From a virus: a stretch of DNA of 64,000 nt. A program made the position numbers and the translations under genes. Below, piece after piece: positions 19,101-30,600 of this stretch (positions within the stretch are counted from its first letter, which is position 1; every line of letters starts with the position of its first letter). The stretch lies in the IMG/VR virus record IMGVR_UViG_3300033553_000338, positions 1-64,000 of that record. One strand, written 5' to 3'. The notes under the pieces are model-generated. The model saw nothing but the letters and a program-made list of their open reading frames with translations. It ran no database searches and was not told the origin of the DNA.

Positions 19101-22100
19101 GTACATGGTATGTAAACTATCAGGCTCACCGGTAACTTTTACGCCCAGCTCACCACGCTTTACCTTGTTCTCTTTATACCTCTCGAAGAAAAAGTTTTCA
19201 TTCTCCAGAATTTCCTGGAGGTTATCCCCTACCCCTAAGTGGTATTTCTTTTTCATGATCGGAGGCAAGACAATCTCCGCAGCATGGTGCTTTATTTTAG
19301 ATTCCGGGTTATTCAGCATCCGATTGTAAACAGCCAAAGCATCCTTGTGAAGTGCTTTACCCTCAGGACTCTCATCTTTGTATAACCGTTCCATTGCCTT
19401 AAACGCAGCAGAATCGCGAACGGTCATTCCAGCAACCACAGGATCTCCAATTTTGTAGACATAGTAAGCTTCCCCGTCAATCTCCATCTCATTAACGATG
19501 ATCTCCGGGTTGCTTGCTATAAACTCCTGGAAGGCTGTGTTCAATGAACTGCCCATCTTTACAACAGCGAACCCACCGGCATTCATCACAGCAGCAAAGT
19601 TATTGATATACTTTTCAAGAACTTTCTTATCTGGATCCTTCACCAAAGACTTGCTGTCAGCAAAATAGGTCACGCTGTCTTTTGCAGCTTCCATAAATTT
19701 AACTGTTCCCAGTGCTTTAGGAAGCTTTGCAGAGTTTGTGGCTGTGTGGTAAGCAACACTGTTTGCAATTCCAGCAGCAACATCTGTGGCCCCTGAAACG
19801 TTAAGCTCCTCTGCCCTACTAACCCGATCTTCCAGTACAGCCATGCTGAACTTATCAGACACCGCAGTAGACCCTTCCAGGAACTCGTGAGTATTCCAAT
19901 GAAGGTTCCTCGAAGTAATTTTCTGAGCTGCCATCTCTTCGCTGGTTGAGTCCACTGTAAGCCCCTTACCCTTCACATATACCCCATCAGCAGCAATGTA
20001 TTTCTCCAGCTCTATCCTGTTCATCATCATTGGAGCTTTACCTGGCCGTGGAACTTCATACATCGTATAGATGTCAGCAACCGGAGTCAAGGTCATCTTA
20101 CCCCCATTCATCCGAAGACGGACCGTAGCCTTCTCCACGATAGTGTTCAATTTGGATACCACCCGCTTTGCGATGTCTGGGTCATCATAGCTCCAGTTAC
20201 CCTGTATAAGTTTCTCCATGAAGTTATCGTAATTGTCCTCACGGAACTCGGATAGAATCATATCATCCTTTACGGCCTGAGCAATGTTCCCTTCATAAAG
20301 CTCTTTGATCAGTTCCATATTGTGCTTGCTCAGGTACCTGATAGCAGTAAGCACAGCGGTAACCTCAGCGAAATTTCGCCCCTCATTTGAGATGGAGGAA
20401 GTAACCTGGGTAGGTGCGTTAAGAGAGTTTCGAGTATCCTCAAAGTTGTGGTTAGCACTTAGCTGAATACCTGAATCAACCAAGGATAATTGAGTTGTTT
20501 CAATCGGCATAGCGTATGCTATACCCCCATCAGTTTTAACTTCCTTCCCTATATCACTCAGTTTCCCGTTGGTCTTTCTACTCCCATTTTTTACGGAAGT
20601 ATTCACCACAAGCATGGAAGTGTGCTGATTTGCAATGGCAGGATTCTGATACTCAATCTCCAGAATATCTTTCCACAGGTGTTCGTAGTGCAGAGGATCC
20701 ATACGTCCCGAGGGACCCATTTCAGCAAACTCCTGCATCACTTCCCACATATTATTGAACTTCCTCCCTTCAATGACCTTTGATAGATCATGCTTGCTGG
20801 AGTACTCAATAAACGTAGGTTCTGGGAAGTTCCTGCTAAACATCCGTTTAAGGATGTTGTACATATCTGTTTTACCGTTCCCCCTGGAATTTAAGGCCAC
20901 CTCTGCTGTGATCTGGTGCATGGCCATCTTCACAACCTGGTTGATCCCCCGGGTATGGTCCCTATTGGTGATAAAGGATTTGATGATCTCAGAGGATAAA
21001 GAAGAAAAATCATTTCCGTAAGACTCACGCCATTTCAACACATCCAGCGGAGTGATAAAGATTGCCCCATCCATAGCTTCCTGAGCTTTAACAGCTCCCG
21101 ATCCCATCACACTTACATCGATCTCCACATCATCCGTGTAGATCACATTGACTTTTGCAGGGAGTTTTCTTGAGCCCATCAACATACCTGTGGGATTCCC
21201 TTTAATGTCAAAGGCGTTATATTCAGATGTATTGATTGGCCGGCCCAACTCATCAACATCAGCCAGAATAGGGTGACTGTACTCTGCAGTGTTACTCACA
21301 TTACGCTTACCCATAGTCAGGAAGCTGTTATGCATGATTTCTTTCCAGTCTAAGCTGTTTGTTTTCGCATCATAGTCAAAAATATTCCCCTGGGTCAGTG
21401 ACAATAAACTCTGGGTAGCCATTGCATTAGCATAGAAGAAAGCCTCTAATCCCGGGTTGATCTGGACCTCCTTGTTTTCCATGACTACAGAAATCTTACC
21501 TGTGGACCAGAGTCTGTCTTTTGGTTCCACATCAGCCTCGTAGCGTTCACTGATTATCTTGGAAGACTTATCATCCAGCTTAATTTTCATCTCTGATAAT
21601 TCCCGAAGGAATTCATGGAATTTTTGATCCAGTACTTTGGAGATCTCGCCCTCGTCTGTATTGATGTACAGCCACTCGGTCATCCCCGAATTAGCCTGGT
21701 ATCCTTTGTTGCGTTTAATGTAATCCCTGTTCTTAACCAGTCCGGATGATGCAAGTTCGCTATCTGTAAACTTGGCCTGGGTAAAAATCTGGTGGATACT
21801 GTTCTTTAAGAACATTGCTGACTTAATGTGCATCTTTTCTTTCCTCTCCGCTTTTAGAAAATCGCGAATAAGATCCCTGTCAGATTCTAAAATCCTAATG
21901 GCACTTTCAACAGGTATCCGCTTAGTCTCTGATAAATACTTTGCAGCCTTGCCGCGAGCAGCCAGGTATAGCGCGGATGACTTCTCATTACCACGTAGAT
22001 GCCATACAATGACAGCTTCGGCAAATACAGAAGCATCCATATCCAACAACATATCCTTGGCCTGGTTGGACATGGTGTTGTAATAGGTAGCCTTCAATGA

Positions 22101-24641
22101 TTTTTTATTTGTAGGCATCAAACCAGACTTCATCTCAATCTCCGCTGGCATGTAGGTCTTCTTATCGGAGGGTGTGAAGAATTCAAAGAAGGCACTTCTG
22201 AATTCTGATTCCCTGGCAGACTGGAAAAACATCGTCAGATTAAACAAGGTTCCCTCTTTATCCCCCAGATCCCAGTGAGACTTATCATCCACCTTATTTT
22301 TAACTCCAAACCCACGTAATGCCATAGTACCGGCCTTGGAGGTGAAAGGGTTATTCGCGTAAACAGTATGCTTCATCCACTTCTCAGCTCCGGACTTTGC
22401 TTCATGGAAAAGTGAAATCTTACTCTGTAACGCCGAGATGTGCCTTGGGATTTTGTGAAGGGCTGAAGCCTTGCCATCAGACATGACTTTCTCTCCCTTA
22501 TCGTTCAACGCATAGACGGTTGTATCCACATCGGTCAGATCATTGATGGCATCCTTGAAAGCCACCAGGTCATCCATCAAGGTATGTGGGGGCATAATCA
22601 CCTTTCTCTCCAGAAGCTTGATATTCTGAGAGTAATACTCATCCTTCTTTCCAAACTCTTTAAAATTGGCAACGTCAGGCTTTATCGCATTTTGTGCATT
22701 AAGGGTTGATATACGAATTGCCTGCCCAATAAAGTTGGTGATCCCGTCTATTGAATGCCGGGAGATGAAACTCTCGCTTAGATTCCTCATGTATGGGATG
22801 CCCAGCTCACGTAAGATTTTGTCAAGCTGTCCGGGATCCGCTTCCGTACCCGGTTTCAGCTTCCAGATTCCTGTCGTATCATCCTCTGTAGCCTTTACAT
22901 TGACCAATTCAATTGTATCCTGATTAGTCCCAAACCGTATCTTGATCTTACTAGAGCTATTAGTAGGAAGAGCAAACCTTAGTTTTTTATTGATAAACTT
23001 AGAAGTCAGTTCCTCAAGGGATGCCTGTAACATCCCCTTGGTCATGTTTGTACTGGACTTGACATTCAGGCTACCTCCCTCAACAGAAATCCATCGACTC
23101 CTTTCTGTGGTCATTAAATAGCTCGTGAAGTCGGTTAAGATGTCCTCAGCTATCCTTGACTCTACCGACTGGCTTTCAAAACGGTTCGTACCGGGTATTC
23201 TTTTTCTACCATCCGTGTACACTCGATATAAGGAGCGAACTTTTAATCCCGAATTGCTATTCAAAATGTACTCATCTGGGTTAAAGTACCTGTTGTAGAG
23301 TGCTATAAATTTGGGATCCTTATTAAGAGTTTTATTCGACTGATAGTAATGGGTGAATCTTCTGGCAATATGTCCTATTGTTGGATGAGTCTTCCCAATT
23401 GTCCGGGTATCAATGATCCGGTTGATGTAATTTTTAGTAAGCGGAGAAGAATTTAAAGTCTCGATGAAGTTACTTACTGATCTAACATCCGTAGAACGTT
23501 CCTGATCAAGCGTATTGGCCATGATGATCCTGGAAACCTTGTTGGTGGAATCGAAGGCAGAGATTGCAGACTCATTCTCCCAAGACTGTTTATGCTCCCC
23601 TTGTATTTTATCCTCACGCAAGCTGATCGTGCCCTCTGCATCAAACTCAATAGCCCCACCAAACAGAGTGTCATGATTTAGCATGGTCTCAAATACGGTG
23701 TACATCACATAGTTGATGTAGGTGTCATGGTAGCTGGAGTTGTTATTAAGGAAATTCTCCAGCTGGCCCCAGGTCATCTTGCTGATATCGGAATTTCCCA
23801 TCAACAATTCCCTGGCCTTAAGGTAATCGCGTTCCATCTCCTGTTTCAGGGCAGCTAAATTCTTAGGAAGATTGGACTTTAACGCTGGGGTACCATTCGC
23901 ATTTATAATGGCCCGGTGAAAAACATTTCTCTGGAAGTTGCTTAATGCCTTCTCCGCAATGTGCTGATTTCCAGGAAACAGGTTAATATTGATTTTCCCC
24001 CAGGTCATACCTTTCTGGCCCAGTGTAACTTGCTCCTTCAGCTTGTCCTGCTGTTTGCGGAGTTGAGTAGCTTTTAACTTGTCCAATTCATCCAATGCAA
24101 CCTGGATGGCAGGATCCTGGTCGGATTCGGCAGATTTAGCCTTATCTAAAAGACTCATGCTCCCTTCTTCAACCTCATCTGAATCATCAGATAGTGCATC
24201 TGAAATGTTGTCAGCAGATTCTTCAGGCTCTTTCAGGCCGGCAGACTCTTCCAAAAAATTGATTTTCATGGCCCCATGAAAGTCAAAGATACTTTCAGAA
24301 AGGTCAAACACCGGAAGATTACTATCTCCAAACTCCACCTTAGCAATCGTCTGGATCTTGGCTGAGATAGCTGTTCCTGTATTAAGGGACTCCATTACCC
24401 TGACAGCTATTGACTGAGCATCCGTAGTAACTCGACCTCTACTTTCCAATATCCCCGAAACAATGAACTTTAGTCGGGTCATATCCTCGTCCAACATCCC
24501 TTTGGTGTCTACATTACCCAGTTTGGTACGTATTGCATTGACTATCCCCAAAGCAGTGTTTGGAATATCACTAATATCCGCAGTCGTTACGGCAAATCGT
24601 ATGCCGTTTCGATGTTCGTCATAATTAAATTTACAGCTCAT
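16101..24641 (-). CDS. Virion-packaged single-chain two-barrel RNA polymerase (crAss-like, phi14:2 gp66 type)
   Basis: PRIP...GEDFDIDS (catalytic DFDID at 18762-18776), EAMDGAIF...K and STDNAKE motifs; 2846 aa; position typical of Crassvirales. Confidence 0.9.
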   Translation of the reverse strand: MSCKFNYDEHRNGIRFAVTTADISDIPNTALGIVNAIRTKLGNVDTKGMLDEDMTRLKFIVSGILESRGRVTTDAQSIAVRVMESLNTGTAISAKIQTIAKVEFGDSNLPVFDLSESIFDFHGAMKINFLEESAGLKEPEESADNISDALSDDSDEVEEGSMSLLDKAKSAESDQDPAIQVALDELDKLKATQLRKQQDKLKEQVTLGQKGMTWGKININLFPGNQHIAEKALSNFQRNVFHRAIINANGTPALKSNLPKNLAALKQEMERDYLKARELLMGNSDISKMTWGQLENFLNNNSSYHDTYINYVMYTVFETMLNHDTLFGGAIEFDAEGTISLREDKIQGEHKQSWENESAISAFDSTNKVSRIIMANTLDQERSTDVRSVSNFIETLNSSPLTKNYINRIIDTRTIGKTHPTIGHIARRFTHYYQSNKTLNKDPKFIALYNRYFNPDEYILNSNSGLKVRSLYRVYTDGRKRIPGTNRFESQSVESRIAEDILTDFTSYLMTTERSRWISVEGGSLNVKSSTNMTKGMLQASLEELTSKFINKKLRFALPTNSSSKIKIRFGTNQDTIELVNVKATEDDTTGIWKLKPGTEADPGQLDKILRELGIPYMRNLSESFISRHSIDGITNFIGQAIRISTLNAQNAIKPDVANFKEFGKKDEYYSQNIKLLERKVIMPPHTLMDDLVAFKDAINDLTDVDTTVYALNDKGEKVMSDGKASALHKIPRHISALQSKISLFHEAKSGAEKWMKHTVYANNPFTSKAGTMALRGFGVKNKVDDKSHWDLGDKEGTLFNLTMFFQSARESEFRSAFFEFFTPSDKKTYMPAEIEMKSGLMPTNKKSLKATYYNTMSNQAKDMLLDMDASVFAEAVIVWHLRGNEKSSALYLAARGKAAKYLSETKRIPVESAIRILESDRDLIRDFLKAERKEKMHIKSAMFLKNSIHQIFTQAKFTDSELASSGLVKNRDYIKRNKGYQANSGMTEWLYINTDEGEISKVLDQKFHEFLRELSEMKIKLDDKSSKIISERYEADVEPKDRLWSTGKISVVMENKEVQINPGLEAFFYANAMATQSLLSLTQGNIFDYDAKTNSLDWKEIMHNSFLTMGKRNVSNTAEYSHPILADVDELGRPINTSEYNAFDIKGNPTGMLMGSRKLPAKVNVIYTDDVEIDVSVMGSGAVKAQEAMDGAIFITPLDVLKWRESYGNDFSSLSSEIIKSFITNRDHTRGINQVVKMAMHQITAEVALNSRGNGKTDMYNILKRMFSRNFPEPTFIEYSSKHDLSKVIEGRKFNNMWEVMQEFAEMGPSGRMDPLHYEHLWKDILEIEYQNPAIANQHTSMLVVNTSVKNGSRKTNGKLSDIGKEVKTDGGIAYAMPIETTQLSLVDSGIQLSANHNFEDTRNSLNAPTQVTSSISNEGRNFAEVTAVLTAIRYLSKHNMELIKELYEGNIAQAVKDDMILSEFREDNYDNFMEKLIQGNWSYDDPDIAKRVVSKLNTIVEKATVRLRMNGGKMTLTPVADIYTMYEVPRPGKAPMMMNRIELEKYIAADGVYVKGKGLTVDSTSEEMAAQKITSRNLHWNTHEFLEGSTAVSDKFSMAVLEDRVSRAEELNVSGATDVAAGIANSVAYHTATNSAKLPKALGTVKFMEAAKDSVTYFADSKSLVKDPDKKVLEKYINNFAAVMNAGGFAVVKMGSSLNTAFQEFIASNPEIIVNEMEIDGEAYYVYKIGDPVVAGMTVRDSAAFKAMERLYKDESPEGKALHKDALAVYNRMLNNPESKIKHHAAEIVLPPIMKKKYHLGVGDNLQEILENENFFFERYKENKVKRGELGVKVTGEPDSLHTMYLRDPDNADIPIERKVYLKKLIKDKANFKKVKGLTESDYDVLRAMRKADKVYTKYYRIHKDFSKSLEGVLPRIPTSGKHSFNAVRVVGFMESLNNAVGIPVDAMVIKGEDFDIDSGYLMIKDQDDQGFLFDYFGWSMDELGNPVPVKNIPGTVPLTKAEIREYLPKDYLKREHAYEIRQNRKYDWYAAGLQNLMVDNIMKVSSDSRNIEESNTPVNPRMLEGIKQRAMANEDKGAPGRLFSLLSPVSVVKLSTINKVGNKMVGVMASSAKAMSAISLSFQTDMLDFKKNHGVLKPHLPRGLKVPGINDPFKNIANLTPVSFFDGLREKHNQDIKRNAESFVQASGIFVKPEDITDEAVMKAMSKHLDVISKSTHSWDFMAGLINASTDNAKELILGYINTNLATGNDIATMIMLGVPIDEIFKLVLSPAAIRKAKQIVDEGLFGSLSSHLSKKDSGLSKPMRDFWYQLSGLTKELQTVAKIAKINQGLNNDAHGMFKYFQDVNKYLKDILSESPNSKKISLQEFVKASPEKRADMIKAFGRLPNVQINVLNVLNNNPHYMEFVNSFYDNSYLVRDEMLNVYHVVEDILTDKDGIQKDGVNEEVYKQTELAVNTDINYQYLHKLGRVQFNSGVFKGTTHDFTTLSGINRFAKSMNSKIESMKQGYDDPDSEFYQNEFISSVVQNSKTMAMGSEPMKYLSSFNEKVGDNTKMRMMGWFRKLEEGTQKALFFYDLIQQSSNMYTATFSKYVPVKLQEGLNEFRKGYYQDYTNGGAKGKKIQDRLKQSLIVIRYYDSSKVKTLPWEEVGMKALYEDPLRRIDQKFIDLSGLKKKREDKIKKAGDQQDPDGGAYNAENAIEDDPSQAIEADQSAGMAYDEGLSKQLMDLPAGTDFEIVMVKTFDPNLKHHVFIRAVVVDYKTHFLVSYDQVEVRNPFLGSNLIHKNYGESAFPSSDEFGSKPLEDQSEIFIRVEPVYYKDKSKGKTGKGYSATGVDSTNKNVTDC

Positions 24642-24642
24642 A

Positions 24643-27600
24643 TTATATCTTGCAAATGTTATTTACTTTTTTATAATTTAAAATGATGTTTTCATACTTT
24701 TCAAGCCTTAAGGCATAGTCCAAGTTGTACGCATAGAGGTTATTAAAAGCAGTCTCAAATCTTTGCTCGTTCACCGCATCCATGATTGCTGGGTTACCGG
24801 CATTGTCTAATCCAAGTATCTTCATCGCGTAGTTGTTCAATATCCACTCCAGAGATAGTCCTACTTTCGGGGAATTAAAGAATTGTACCATGGCATCATC
24901 ACTAAGAAGGGTTTTCGACAATGACTTCAACTCTTTCTGCAAATCCTCAAAGGTGCCTAGCTTTTTGCCCTGCCCCGCTAGTTGCTTCAATCGGACTTCT
25001 TCTTTCATAATCTCCTCATCAATCCGGTTTAACTGTGCATCTGCGTAATTTAATACTGTAGAGCGTTCCATGGACAGGTCCATTTCAGTAACATGATTGT
25101 CAACTTTATCCCGTCCAATCCTTAGCTGATCCCTGTAACCCAATAGCCGATTTAACAGCCCACTGTCCTGAGACATATCCAGATTACTGCTTGTAGCCAA
25201 GGTGTGTAAATCCATAATAACCGCTTTCTGTGCTTTCATTAATTTGCTCTTTTCTGATTTAGTAATCTGCTCCGAGGCACTGTCCACAATCCTTTGAATA
25301 CCAGAGTCTGTGAAAACCACCGAAGGAGCTGTAACTGTATCATACGGGATTACTGCAACATCATCCAAGCTCAGTCCGGAACCTTCTAAACCTTTTACAG
25401 TGGAGACATCAATGGAAGCTTTCTTTTCGTGGGTAATCTTGCTTCCCGTATTCATTGGAAAGTTACCAAAAAATCCGCGATTATAGTTCAAATTATGAAC
25501 ATATTTCTCACCCTTCTTAATGACTGTGCCGTTAGCATCCTTTACATCCGGCTTAATCTTGTACTCATTGTCAAACCCTTTTTTAGGAATCTTCTTGAAC
25601 CACTGCCACATCTCGTCAAAGGTTTGTTTATCCTCTGACCGGAGTGTTTCCAGGAACTCAATGAATGCTGCTGGGTCAACATTATACCACTCTCCTTCTT
25701 TGGGTTTAGAAAACAGTTTTTTACCATTGCTTAATTTGTGATTTTTAATTTGGAAAAACATCTTCTCGACTTTTGTCTCTTTCCCTTCCTTAGAACGAAG
25801 TTCAGCAATCATATTATTACCGGCACGTAAGAAACGGTTAAGCTGGGAAGCACTTGCAAGAAAGCTGGCATATTTAGGGTCTGTCAGTTTATGGTAATCT
25901 TCAATAATCTCATCAAGAGACCTTGCCTTTTCACGGACAGGGACAAGCAAAACATCATCCGAAACTTTCGTCCAATCACCCTGTACTAAATCTTTTATAG
26001 TTTCATTCAATATTGTTTTAGCCTTATTGGGGGAAGCTACTAGATAAGCCTGACCTTTTTTCGCAACAGTGTTTCCATCTTCCCCGACAATGTTAGACGT
26101 AAGCACGTACACATCATCGGAGAAAGTCAATGGGGTTTTTGTACCATTGGGGCTATGTGAACGCATAAACTCTGAAAGAGTCACCCCTAGCTTTATTCCA
26201 GTATTCGTAAACCTCCCCTTTACGATTCGTTTGGAAGTACCATTCTTCATCGCTGAAGTAATATCCAGACCCTCCGTTGGGATGGATCCTTTTAAGCCGT
26301 TGATTCTGTCATATAGCTCAGCAATGTTCAGGTCAGGGTAATTTGTATCCATGTTCAGGATATTTCCATCCAAAGGCATAACAGAGTACACGATTGTAAA
26401 ATATTCCCCGGTTACTGAATCAGGAACAGTAGCCTCAATGTACAGGATCTCCCTACCATTATTTACATCCTCAATGGCATCCTTGCTAAAGATAGCTGCG
26501 CCAACTTCATTTTCAAGATTCTCTGCAACAAACCCTTTCTTTAGCCGAAAGGATACCTCGGATTCTTGTAATGCATTGGTTGCTTCCATTTTCAGCCTGT
26601 GAAAGTCTGCCAGAGTGAGCTTCCGGGTACTGTTTGGTGTAAGATCCACATTCAGCCACAGGTAGTTTAAAATCTCCCCATTGGATGCTGCGGTTAGTAA
26701 TTTGGTTTTTCGGGCCGACTTATCATCATTCTTAAACGTTCGGGTGATCTTACCCTGAGGTTTAGTGTCACCACCTCCCCCACTTTGATCCTTCTTCTTA
26801 GGAAGTGCAATTCGTACATATCCCGGTTTTACCAGATTTCCGGAAGCATCATAGATTGGGGATTTCATACTCTCAATAACCTCTTTTGTATCTGTTCCCG
26901 GGATCTTCTCTACACTGTAGTTCTTGGGGGATTTTGCATAGTCAGCCTCAATTTCCTTAGTCCCCTGTATAAATGCAAAGCCGGCATTCTTAAATTTCTC
27001 AAGCAGCTGGGCCAGGTGAGCTTTAATTTCAGCCTCAAACTTCACCTTGCTGAAGTCAATCTCGGAAATGTTATTGGCCAGGGTAATTAAAGACTCCGTA
27101 GCAAACACATCAATGTTGTTTTGATGAGTCATCCCAAGAAGTGAGTTAATCAAGTTTTTTGATTTCTCATCCACCCCTTCAACCAGTTTAAGCAGCAGGT
27201 CAAGGTGGGTCTTGTTAGCATCTTCAGCAATCACATTATAGTACATGGTCAGGAAGATTTTTTCCAAATCCGTCAAAGGGTCCATGTTCTCCATTTTTAC
27301 CATCGCGGAGTTAGCTAAATTATCCAGTCCCTTGGTGTGCATAAAGTAGATGGAATCTACCCCGGACCGGGTAGCAAATTCTATCTTTGCCTTTTCCAGA
27401 TCAGAAAGATCTGATTTACGTAACTCTTTATCAGCCTGAAGTTGGTTCCATTTTCTGTAGGCATCCTCGTTATTGCCATTACGCATGGCCCTTTCAATTT
27501 CATTGCGGATAATCCCCCCACTCTTTTTACCATGCTTGGTAATGATCTCACTTCGATCTTCCTCTGTAAGCAAGTTAAGTACGTGAAGATAATCCCCCTC

Positions 27601-30600
27601 AATGATTGGTTTGCCAGGTGCCCTGCGGACTTTAACCTTTGCTTTGAAATGGTCAGCCCCCAAAGAAGGGATAGAAACGACTTCCCCGTTAGCAGTTTTA
27701 ATAAATGCTTGGGAAACAACTTCCTCAATAATAACTTCACCGGCTTTCAGACTAGGATCTATCACCGGATCCCCATCAATGGCCATAGTATCTTTATCAA
27801 AAGTTACAGAGCTATCAAAGGAAGTCATCTTATAACCTGCCTTTTCAATGAGTGCCCTAACCGACTCTAGTGCAGGGGTAAGATAGCTGCTCAAATTAGT
27901 GTCCTGGGACGATCTATCCAAGGCTTCCAGTAGCTTAACACTAAGCTCATAGTACACATAGGAATCCATTGGTGACGAATCCATTAAGTACAGGATGTCC
28001 AATAAACTCTCCCGGGTACGGTCTACTGCTTCTCCGGAGAATTTACTAGCATCCTCCAGTTCCTTGATGGCATCATTCAGTATTTCTTTCTCAGTACGGA
28101 TGGCATCATTCAGTTTCATTGCCTCCACAAAGGCATCCTTGTCAAACAAGGTAGACAGGAACAGGCTGTTTTTGAAAGCAGCATCAATGGCATCAGAGAT
28201 ATCAGATGCACGAACCAATCCATCCAGCTTCTTCAATAAAAGATCAACTTCCTGGTCCATCATTCCACGGAATTTAGTGTGATCATCTCCTTCCCACTTG
28301 CTGTAGGCATCCATCACAATGGTATACAGCTCTTTATATTTGGTAAGCATATCGGGCTTGATAGTAACCTTAATGTCACCCCCGGTAGCAAGCTCCTTAC
28401 CCGTCAAAGACTTTTCAAGGTCACTTAAAACCTTTCGAATCTCAACTCCCTTTTTCTTGTAGGTGTCAAAAACTTTAGAATTTAATTTAGCCTCCACGTT
28501 AGGGACAATGCCTGGTATGGTTACAATCTTCCACCCGGTAGCTTTCTTGATCAGGATCCCCTTCTGAGCCCTGGATACGGCTGTATAAAACAGCTGGGTC
28601 ATGATGTTGTTTCTCTCCACATGTTGCATGGTATTCAGGTGGGGAATATCCACAATAACCTGGTCGAATTCCTGGCTCTGTGCATCGTGTACTGACATAA
28701 CCGGGATACCAAACTCTTCAAGAGCCGCATACGCTTCCGCATCCTCCTCTTTGGTTACGGTGGTAACAATAACAATCCGATTCTTATTCTTCTTTTCATC
28801 CGCATGATCCACAGCCAAAGCACGTTTAATACGCCCTTTAACCATAGCATTCCAGTCATCAGCATCAGTTGCAATTTGAACACCAATATCCTGAGATATC
28901 CCATCAACTTTCTTAACCTCGTAAGTCAGAGTAACATCCTTTTGCTCTTCGGCCATGTTTTTAGTGGTCTCAATAGCCTCCCGGATTGTTTCGAATAATT
29001 GGGTGTTGGATAAATAACCTGTTCGCTGAGAGGACCTGATAATCGGGGTCATCTCAATACCTGAAAGCTTATCAATCCCGTTGGTCATGATGGTGTTATA
29101 GTTGTTCCCCTTCATGGTTATGCTGGATGCCTGTAAAGGATCACCCAAGCCTAAGATACGTATATCACTGCCTTCATTGTTTTTGTTGAACTCCCGAACA
29201 GCATCAGCCAACCGGCTAACTTCCGAAGCTGGAAACCGGGTAATCTCATCAATAATAATGAGGTCGCTGTTAACGATGGATTCATCTGACCCATTCAACA
29301 GCCCAATAAGGGTCTCGATATCAAGATCACCATCATCATTAGTTGGGGTTTCCTTAGGGACTATACCTGTATCCTTCAGCCCCTTTACCAAAGTCTCTGC
29401 CTGAGATTTACCAGGAGCCAACAATACAACATCTCCGGAACCTTTCATCATCTTAACTACCGCAGCGATGTAAGTTGTTTTCCCAGCTCCCCCAATTCCT
29501 CGTACATATCCCAATTCAGGGATAAAGTTCTGAGCTGAATTTTCTTTAATTTCTTTATCTGACAACCCGGCAGTATCCCCAAAATGTTGAGCCTGATCGA
29601 ATCGGCTCAGCCAGTTCAAGGTATACTTACCTTTTGTACCCAGATACTCCACACTTGGCTCCAAGGGACTTGTGAGCTTCACGGCCATTTGAATGACTGC
29701 ACGGCTCTGCTCGTATGTTGGTGAGCTAGTAAAAGTTAACCTGGCAACATCCTGTTCAAATGATTGCTGAACAGTTGCAAACGATTCACGCGACATCATC
29801 AGGTAGTAGGCGTACAGTACCCGGGTGTTTTCAGAAAGCATCCTGGACTCAAACTTACCCAGGTTGATCTTCATTTTGTCTTCCTCAGAAAGGGTCATCA
29901 GATAGATATGGAGCATTAACTCCACCTCTTTGATTGCAGCCCACTTCTCGGTGACATTATCCTGGTTCGTTCCATCAATATCCCTGAATTTAGTCAAGGC
30001 ATCCAACAGAGCTGTTTTAGTTTCCGAAATATCGCTTGCGGGAAAGATAAAGGTAGTAATCAATTCTTCCAGCATATCACCAGTGCTTTCCATCTTGGCC
30101 ATATCATTAAGATACACTCCACGGATGGACTCCCCTTTGTTTCTGTACAAAGTATTGATCAAGAAATCCAGTACATGTCCATCCAACAAGGTGTCATTGG
30201 AGTGTGCGCTGAAAGCCTTGGCCACGTATGTAAGAGATTCATTTACTTTCGACTCCAAAGTCTTGGCTTCCTCTTCTGAAGTACTTGGATCATACATCTT
30301 GTAAAGGCTATCAGTAGCATCGTCTGAGATGATCGTCTCAATCTTATTTTTGAATTCAAACTTATCCTTGTTGACAGCCTGGAATTTATGAAGTTGAGGC
30401 TCAATGCTTAAAATACTGCGTATGAACTCTTTACGGTCAGACATCACTTTTCGTATCCGTTCTAAGTTCTCCATATCCCCATCGTAACTCTCGGGACCTG
30501 CGGTATTAAGGGCAATCACTTCCTCCTTAATCTGTGAATGGATATACTTACCCCCTTTCCGGTCGTAGTCCAGATAGGCTTTCATAGCTCTCTGTGATGG

